This document shows, piece by piece, positions 57,680 to 64,000 of a stretch of DNA of 64,000 bases. The notes below the pieces were generated by a model. The model was not told the origin of the DNA, ran no database searches, and saw nothing but the letters and a program-made list of their open reading frames with translations. The DNA is from Bacteroidales bacterium (GTDB lineage: Bacteria > Bacteroidota > Bacteroidia > Bacteroidales > UBA932): assembly GCA_028700975.1 (NCBI GenBank), contig JAQVRQ010000003.1, positions 2,175 through 66,174 of the forward strand, in the 5' to 3' direction. How positions within the stretch are numbered: the first letter of the stretch is position 1; each line of letters starts with the position of its first letter. The translations under genes and the position numbers were made by a program.

Positions 57680-58210
57680 TTAGCAACCGCTGCAACCGCT
57701 GCAACTTCCGCTGCTGCAGGATGATTGTAGCTTCTCACCATATAGTCCTCCTGTAATCTCTTGCTGAGTAGCCTCACGAACAGCAACAACCACTCCTTTA
57801 AAGTTCAAATCTGAACCTGCCAGAGGGTGGTTAAAGTTCATTATTACCACATCTTCTCTTACCTCTTCAACTGTTCCCTGCAGTCTGTTTCCATCTGAAT
57901 CCTGCATAGGAAGTACATTTCCTACTTTTAGAAGGCCATCCTCAATTTTTCCCTCTACCATAAACATATCTTTTGGAAGTTCAATTATTGCGTCGGAGTT
58001 AATTTCGCCGTAACCCTCTGTTGCTGTTAGGGTAAATTCAAAAGCATCTCCTACCTCCTTGCCAACAACATTCTCTTCAAATTTTGGAAGCAGATAACCT
58101 GTTCCAAATATGAAATCCATTGGTTTTTCCGTAGTTACGGTTTCCATTACATCACCGTCCACAGTAAGTGTATAGGAGAGGGATACTACCTTGTCTTTTT
58201 CAATTTTCAT
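57680..58210 (-). CDS. slyD: FKBP-type peptidyl-prolyl isomerase SlyD
   Basis: VVSLSYTL, FIFG..LLPKFE, GYG, NFNHPLAG motifs; Cys-rich tail. Confidence 0.92.
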   Translation of the reverse strand: MKIEKDKVVSLSYTLTVDGDVMETVTTEKPMDFIFGTGYLLPKFEENVVGKEVGDAFEFTLTATEGYGEINSDAIIELPKDMFMVEGKIEDGLLKVGNVLPMQDSDGNRLQGTVEEVREDVVIMNFNHPLAGSDLNFKGVVVAVREATQQEITGGLYGEKLQSSCSSGSCSGCSGC

Positions 58211-58272
58211 TTTTTGTCAATTTTTAAGTTGATTGATTTTTTATAGAAAGTAATTGTTATGCAAAAATTATG

Positions 58273-59697
58273 CTAAAGTTTTCTTTTGATTTTATATCCT
58301 ATAGCTGCCACAAGTAGAGTCATAACTGGTGTTAATAGATTGAAAAAACTATAGGGTAGGTATGCAAGTGTTGCAACACCAAGTACCCCGGATTGTGCTA
58401 CTCCGCAGGTATTCCAAGGGATTAAAACAGATGTAACTGTTCCTGAATCCTCTAAAGTCCGGCTAAGAAGCTGGGGTTCGTATCCCATCTTTTTGTATGT
58501 TTCTGAGAACATTTTTCCGGGTAAGAGTATGGCCATATACTGATCTGATAATGTTATGTTACAAAAAAGAGTGGTTGCCACAGTTGAGCCAACAAGTGAA
58601 AATGTACTCTTTACCAGGCGGACCACACGTTCTGTAATTACTTGTATCATACCACTCGCCTCCATAGCTCCTCCAAAGGTTACCACACAAAGAATTAACC
58701 AGACAGTATTTAACATTCCGGCCATCCCCTTTGTTGCTGTAAGAGAGTTTAAGATTGCGTCTCCTGTCTCTATTGAGACACTCCCATACATCATTTTGAG
58801 TGATGCAACAAAATATACAACTCCACCTTCAATTCCATCTCCGGCTATCTCTTTGCAAAGTTCCGGCTGGAAAAAGGAGGCAACCAAAGCTCCAACAACA
58901 GCTGAAAGAAACAGCGTAATGAAAGGTGATACTTTTTTTACTATAAGAATAATTGTAAATATTGGAACAAGTAACAGAAAAGGAGAGATTTTAAAAACGG
59001 AGGATATTGAGCCAAGGTTGGCCTCTATGTTGGTTGTGCTCGAAATGGGCAGAACAAATCCAGCAATTGCATATATAACAAGTGCTATTATAAAAGCTGG
59101 AGTTACAGTTATGAGCATAAATTTTATGTGAGTATACAGATCAACACCTGCAACAGCTGCTGCAAGGTTTGTGGTATCTGAGAGAGGAGATAGTTTATCT
59201 CCAAAATATGCACCGGATATAATTGCTCCAGCTAGCCACGGCGTAGGAATTCCCAGGATTTGACCAGCTGAAAGCATAGCAACACCAATAGTTCCTACAG
59301 TTGTCCAGGAGCTGCCGGCCATTAATGAAACAACTGCTGTGAGTAAATACGTAACAACGAGGAAAACTGCCGGGTGTATAAGTTTCAATCCATAATAAAT
59401 CATTGCAGGCACAACTCCACTTATCATCCAGGATCCCGTAAGAGCTCCAATCATAAGGAGTATAAAAATTGCAGAGCCTGTTTTTGAGAGATGGTTCATC
59501 ATACCCTCTTCAATTTTACTCCAAGGAATTTTAAGAAGCACTATTGAAATAACCGAAGTAATTATTGTTGCGAATAAAAGCGAAATTTGGGAAGTGCCGG
59601 ATGAAATCTCGTCTCCAAATAGTCTCACTCCAATAGTAATCATTGTAACTAATAAGATTATGGGTAGGAGAGAGAGAGCAAGACCGGGTTTTTTCAT
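58273..59697 (-). CDS. nhaC: NhaC-family antiporter/amino-acid transporter
   Basis: GSSWTTVGTIG, GAIISGAYFGDKLSPLSDTT and SRTLEDSGT..LIPW motifs. Confidence 0.9.
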   Translation of the reverse strand: MKKPGLALSLLPIILLVTMITIGVRLFGDEISSGTSQISLLFATIITSVISIVLLKIPWSKIEEGMMNHLSKTGSAIFILLMIGALTGSWMISGVVPAMIYYGLKLIHPAVFLVVTYLLTAVVSLMAGSSWTTVGTIGVAMLSAGQILGIPTPWLAGAIISGAYFGDKLSPLSDTTNLAAAVAGVDLYTHIKFMLITVTPAFIIALVIYAIAGFVLPISSTTNIEANLGSISSVFKISPFLLLVPIFTIILIVKKVSPFITLFLSAVVGALVASFFQPELCKEIAGDGIEGGVVYFVASLKMMYGSVSIETGDAILNSLTATKGMAGMLNTVWLILCVVTFGGAMEASGMIQVITERVVRLVKSTFSLVGSTVATTLFCNITLSDQYMAILLPGKMFSETYKKMGYEPQLLSRTLEDSGTVTSVLIPWNTCGVAQSGVLGVATLAYLPYSFFNLLTPVMTLLVAAIGYKIKRKL

Positions 59698-59700
59698 AGG

Positions 59701-61041
59701 TTAGTTTCCGTTAAATGTTACTGATTCAAACATTAGAGTAGGGATTAGCCATCTGCTTCCCCTTTTTGGGTCATCCCCTGATATTTTAAGAGAGTTCCAA
59801 AGTTCAAGGATGTTTCCAGTTACGTTCATCTCCTTGATAGGGTGTAGTATAATACCATTCTCAAAGTAGAATCCCTGAACACCAAAAGAGAAATCACCAC
59901 TGGCAGAATTACTATTCCCTCCGTTAAAACCGGTAACAAGAATGCCTTTACCACACTCGTTTAGAACCTCTTTTTGAGTTACTTTTGGAATTCCGGTTGG
60001 AAATGTATTATTCAAAGATAGTGAAAGTAAAGAGGGACCCTCAATTGTGGGTTCCATTCCTAGTTTTCTGGCGTTATATGTATTCAGATAGTAATTTTGA
60101 ATAACACCACCATCAATGATATTCATCGATTTAGTTTCAAGTCCTTCACTATCAAAAAAGCGAGAGCCTTCATAACCATAAAGGTGAGGTCTGTCCATTA
60201 TATATAGATTTTCAGGGAAGAGCTTCATTCCAAGTTTATCAGCCAGGAATGAGTTGTTTTGATGTATTGCAGAGCCATTTAGTGCCGATATTATTGGCGA
60301 AACAACCCTGCTTGCTACACTATTCTCCAGAACCATATTGTATAATCCGGATTTCATCTTTCTGGGACCAAGACGAGCCAGAGCTCGCTCCATCGCAATT
60401 TTTCCACAGCCCTCTTTTTCAAGAGAGGAGAAGTTCATTGAACTTTCGTACCACCAGGCTTCCGGTTTAGCACCATCTCTGTCTATTGCAGAACATTCAG
60501 CACTTACAGAAAATGAAGTCTGTTTTGATTCTCCGCAGAATCCCTGAGTATCTGCCATATAGTAAGACTCAAGAGAGTCTCCGTATTCACAATTAGTGGA
60601 TATTATTCTTGGATCTTTTTCGAAAATCTCTTTTGAACATTGGAATGCAATTTCTCTTTTTTCTTCCGGTGTAATTTGGTTGTAAGAGGGGTCAAATTGT
60701 CCTAAATCTTTTGTCTCTCCTTTAAAGAGTAGCTCTTTTGGCGGAAGTATTCTGTCGTGGTCTGGTGCAATTAATTTTGTTGCTTCTGCTGCTTTACCAA
60801 TAAACTCCTTTAGCTCCTTTTCATCAGTTCGGTTTGTAGAGTAATAACCATATCTTCCATCGATAAAAAGTTGTAAAAAAAGAGTTGAGCCGGTTGAGCT
60901 GTTGAGCCTGTCCAGCATATTATTTCTTACGGAAAATGAGCTTTGTACAGAAATTTCAGCTCCAGCTCTGGAGTCACTGCATCCGGCATTTTTGGCCATT
61001 TCAAGAGCTCTATCTACAATATTTTTAATATTCTCCTCCAT
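59701..61041 (-). CDS. pmbA: TldD/PmbA family protein (PmbA/TldE subunit)
   Basis: SFL, FDSEG, GGNSNSASGDFS, GFY.ENG and GNILE motifs; no HExxxH. Start taken at ATG 61041. Confidence 0.85.
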   Translation of the reverse strand: MEENIKNIVDRALEMAKNAGCSDSRAGAEISVQSSFSVRNNMLDRLNSSTGSTLFLQLFIDGRYGYYSTNRTDEKELKEFIGKAAEATKLIAPDHDRILPPKELLFKGETKDLGQFDPSYNQITPEEKREIAFQCSKEIFEKDPRIISTNCEYGDSLESYYMADTQGFCGESKQTSFSVSAECSAIDRDGAKPEAWWYESSMNFSSLEKEGCGKIAMERALARLGPRKMKSGLYNMVLENSVASRVVSPIISALNGSAIHQNNSFLADKLGMKLFPENLYIMDRPHLYGYEGSRFFDSEGLETKSMNIIDGGVIQNYYLNTYNARKLGMEPTIEGPSLLSLSLNNTFPTGIPKVTQKEVLNECGKGILVTGFNGGNSNSASGDFSFGVQGFYFENGIILHPIKEMNVTGNILELWNSLKISGDDPKRGSRWLIPTLMFESVTFNGN

Positions 61042-61045
61042 ATTA

Positions 61046-62464
61046 CTAATTGCCTCCAACTGTAAGTTTACTTACCAGAACAGATGGCATACCGCAAGAT
61101 ACTGCGCAATATTGCTCCTTTCCACAAGTCCAGGTTCCGTTGTCAATTATTGAATTATCTGCTATACCCACTATATCTCTCAGAGCTTCGGGGCCATTTC
61201 CAATTATGTTTATATCTTTTACCGGTGAAGTTAGTTTCCCGTTTTCGATCAAATATCCGGATTTTACAAAGAAGGTAAAATCGCCGGCTCCAATTTGAAC
61301 TTGACCATTTGAAAAATTATTAACATATAGACCATTTTTAACAGATGCTATTAGCTCCTCCTCTTTGGACTTACCCGACTCCATATATGTGGCCCTCATC
61401 CTGGGTAAAGGCATAAATCTGAAGGACTCCCTTCTTCCGTTTCCTGTTGGTAGTGTTTTGTAGAAATCTGCACTAATTCTGTCGTGCAAGTATGAATTTA
61501 GTATTCCCTCCTTTACCATATACGTCTTTTGAGAGACTACACCTTCATCATCGAAAGTGATTGAACCGCGATTCGCATATATTGTTCCATCATCTACTAC
61601 AGAGATCTCTTCTGAGCATATTCTTTTTCCTAATTTATCGGAGAAAATAGATGTACCCATTCTATTGAAATCTGCTTCAAATGCGTGCCCTATTGCTTCG
61701 TGCAGAAGAATACCGGAACTCCCGGCTCCCATTACAACAGGCATCTCTCCTCCCTTTGGTCTTTTTGCTTCAAATTGTATCGAGGTTCTTGAAATAACCT
61801 CTCTGGCCAACTCTTGAGGAAGATTCTTTGAGAGCATTTCGTAACCTTTTCTAAAGCTTCTTGATGAGCTTCCGTTTTCTGTTTTACCTTTATGTTGCAT
61901 AATGCAGGTAACAGCAACAGATACCATTGGCCTTTCATCCACAGCAAGGATTCCTAATGAGTTGAAAAAGAGTATTTTTGTGTTAGAATCAGAGATTTTT
62001 CCAAGTACCTTTTTGACCCTTTTGTCAGATTGAAAAATAAGGTTATTAAGCTCAACGAGAGTGGGAATCCTATCTGCAAAGCTAATACCATCCCAAGGGA
62101 TTTCTGCTTTATACCTCTCTTTAAACAGGGGGGTGGAGATTTCTGCCGGGGGGCTCTTTGCTACTCCTGAAGTGGCTATGGCTGCAGCCGTTTTTGCCGC
62201 TCTCTCCATCTCTTTCATTGTAGTTATCTCTGTATATGCATAACCGGTCCCCTCTCCCTTAATAACTCGTATGCCCATTCCGTAATCAATATGAGTCCCG
62301 GCCCCATTGACCTCAGAATCTCTTAGATTAAGTTCATTAGATATACTATGTTCAAAATATAGGTCTGCATAGTCGCCTCCGCTTGACAATGCAACAGAGA
62401 TTAGTTTTTTAAGCTCCTCCTCAGTTACACCAAAAATCTCCATTGTTCTTTCAGCATTGCTCAT
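61046..62464 (-). CDS. tldD: TldD metalloprotease subunit
   Basis: DYADLYFE, LLHEAIGH, DDEG, TGNGRRES, PRM, GDF and CGK motifs. Start taken at ATG 62464. Confidence 0.9.
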   Translation of the reverse strand: MSNAERTMEIFGVTEEELKKLISVALSSGGDYADLYFEHSISNELNLRDSEVNGAGTHIDYGMGIRVIKGEGTGYAYTEITTMKEMERAAKTAAAIATSGVAKSPPAEISTPLFKERYKAEIPWDGISFADRIPTLVELNNLIFQSDKRVKKVLGKISDSNTKILFFNSLGILAVDERPMVSVAVTCIMQHKGKTENGSSSRSFRKGYEMLSKNLPQELAREVISRTSIQFEAKRPKGGEMPVVMGAGSSGILLHEAIGHAFEADFNRMGTSIFSDKLGKRICSEEISVVDDGTIYANRGSITFDDEGVVSQKTYMVKEGILNSYLHDRISADFYKTLPTGNGRRESFRFMPLPRMRATYMESGKSKEEELIASVKNGLYVNNFSNGQVQIGAGDFTFFVKSGYLIENGKLTSPVKDINIIGNGPEALRDIVGIADNSIIDNGTWTCGKEQYCAVSCGMPSVLVSKLTVGGN

Positions 62465-62531
62465 TGGCTCTCTTTTTGACAAAGTAACCTAAAAATGGCT
62501 AAATTAGCAAAATGAATAACCCTGTTTGATA

Positions 62532-63431
62532 ATGGATCAACCAAAAATTGAAAGACTACTCAGAGTGATGCAACTGCTGACAGATAGATCCAGAGTTTGC
62601 ACTGTCGAGACTATTTCTGAGACAATAGGAGTGTCTCAAAGAACAGCTTACAGATATTTGGATACATTTGAATCCTCCGGACTTCTTCTTGAGAAAGATG
62701 GTAGTAGAGTATCACTTTCAAGAGATTCAAGATATTTCAAAATGATATCTGATCTAGCTTATTTTAACAAGGAGGAGGCTTATATCATTAAAAAAGCTCT
62801 GGAGGTATTGAGTCCGGATAGTATAGCAGTCCGTTCAATTAAAATGAAACTTGCTAACATATACGATTTCACAGATGTAGCAACACTTCTTACTAACCCC
62901 GCAAGAGAGGATATTGTAAGTCGCCTTCTTTTCGCTATAGCAGAGGAGCGCCAGGTAATTCTTAGGGATTATCACTCTATTAACTCTAGAAACATATCTG
63001 ATAGGTTGGTAGAGCCGATATCTTTTAGTGTGAATATGGTAAGCATATACTGTTATGAAGTTGCTAGTTGTAAATGCAAATATTATAGAATTGAAAGAAT
63101 TGGTTTTGTTGATATTACAGAGGAGGTATGGCATAATAAAGATTTTCACAGAGAGACTAAAACGGATATTTTTCGTTTTTCAGGAGATAGCCCCAAAAAA
63201 GTAAAACTAAAGTTGACAATGGTAGCTGTCACTCTGCTTGTTGAAGAATTTCCTCTTAGTGAGCAATACATAAGACAGGAGGGGGATAATGAATTTATTC
63301 TGGAGTGTAATTTATATGATTTTCAGGGTGCAGCAAGATTTGTACTAGGTCTGTGCAATGAAATTGAGGTCTTGGAGAGTCAGGAATTTTTAAATTACCT
63401 CAATGAAAAAAGGGTTGGCAGTAAGTTTTAA
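62532..63431 (+). CDS. WYL-domain transcriptional regulator (HTH-WYL-WCX)
   Basis: N-terminal wHTH (VSQRTAYRYLDTF), WYL (Y.S..S..DRLVEP...YRIERI), WCX (RFVLGL..EIEVLES). Confidence 0.88.
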   Translation: MDQPKIERLLRVMQLLTDRSRVCTVETISETIGVSQRTAYRYLDTFESSGLLLEKDGSRVSLSRDSRYFKMISDLAYFNKEEAYIIKKALEVLSPDSIAVRSIKMKLANIYDFTDVATLLTNPAREDIVSRLLFAIAEERQVILRDYHSINSRNISDRLVEPISFSVNMVSIYCYEVASCKCKYYRIERIGFVDITEEVWHNKDFHRETKTDIFRFSGDSPKKVKLKLTMVAVTLLVEEFPLSEQYIRQEGDNEFILECNLYDFQGAARFVLGLCNEIEVLESQEFLNYLNEKRVGSKF

Positions 63432-63455
63432 TTATTTGTAACCGATTATTTTTTA

Positions 63456-63463
63456 TAAATTTG
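63456..63463 (+). promoter_or_regulatory. -7 element (TAAATTTG) for the ammonia-lyase gene
   Basis: TAnnTTTG 24 nt upstream of GTG 63488. Confidence 0.6.
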
Positions 63464-63487
63464 CCCAATTAAAACGATTTGTAAACG

Positions 63488-64000
63488 GTGGTAAATTTAT
63501 CAGACGGATTAACATTCGAGAAGATTGCAAGAGTAGTCGAAGAGAATGAAGAGTTAGAGCTGGGATTAGAGGCAGCCGAAAGAATTTCACGGAGTTTCAA
63601 TTTTCTTGGCACTTTTGCAGAGAAGAAAATTATTTATGGTATCAATACCGGATTTGGCCCAATGGCTCAATACAGAATTGATGACAATCATCTAAGAGAG
63701 TTACAATTCAATATTATCCGGTCTCACTCCTGTGGCGCAGGTGCTCCTTTAGATAATAGATATGTTAGGGCAGCAATGCTTGCTCGGCTTTCAAATTTTT
63801 CAATGGGTAAGTCAGGAATTGCACCTCAACTGGCCGAACTATTAGTTGCTTTTATAAATAACGAGATATATCCTCTTGTCCCGGAACACGGTGGCGTTGG
63901 TGCAAGTGGAGATCTTGTACAGATGGCTCATATAGGTCTTGCATTAATAGGAGAGGGAAAGGTCTCATTTAAGGGATCTTTTATACCAGCCTCTGAAGCT
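63488..64000 (+). CDS. MIO-dependent aromatic amino acid ammonia-lyase (TAL/HAL family), 3' end outside window
   Basis: Not in the ORF track. Manual translation from GTG 63488 gives MVNLSDGLTFEKI...IYGINTGFGPMAQYRI...IIRSHSCG...EHGGVGASGDLVQMAH (ASG MIO triad). Confidence 0.9.
   Translation, partial: MVNLSDGLTFEKIARVVEENEELELGLEAAERISRSFNFLGTFAEKKIIYGINTGFGPMAQYRIDDNHLRELQFNIIRSHSCGAGAPLDNRYVRAAMLARLSNFSMGKSGIAPQLAELLVAFINNEIYPLVPEHGGVGASGDLVQMAHIGLALIGEGKVSFKGSFIPASEA

Noticed and set aside
58556-59131. 191-aa ORF antisense to nhaC, and similar short antisense ORFs throughout
   Set aside because: Typical antisense shadows of real genes, with no promoter or motif support.
1-64000. CRISPR arrays, IS elements, prophage, defence systems, recoded stop codons
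   Set aside because: No repeat-spacer pattern, transposase, phage or defence gene was recognised; the recognised CDSs appear intact under the standard code.

Overview
A 64-kb, AT-rich, densely packed core-genome region of a Bacteroidota (Bacteroidales-like, probably anaerobic) chromosome. The assignment rests on the many TAnnTTTG (-7) sigma-A promoters, a SusC/SusD pair, type III glutamine synthetase and Bacteroidota-type rpsA, purM and tamB. It holds about 50 mostly housekeeping CDSs (translation and RNA modification, envelope and peptidoglycan turnover, peptidases, transporters), plus tRNA-Cys, RNase P RNA (rnpB), SRP RNA (ffs) and a TPP riboswitch ahead of a thiamine TonB receptor and PnuC-type transporter. 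I saw no CRISPR array, IS element, integrase, prophage or defence island. The most notable observations are: (1) near-total avoidance of CATG, with the few survivors biased to gene starts; (2) a tamB gene that apparently starts at a non-canonical ATC codon behind a Shine-Dalgarno sequence; (3) an enlarged glutamate-racemase-like enzyme with a lipoprotein signal; (4) a murK-murQ-recR-SSS cluster suggesting an unassigned amino-sugar importer; (5) a 693-aa orphan KamA-like radical SAM protein; (6) a small RHH-like protein with a clamp-motif-like tail; (7) the start of a probable flexirubin/aryl-polyene cluster (TAL) at the right edge. All calls come from motif recognition by eye; no searches were run.
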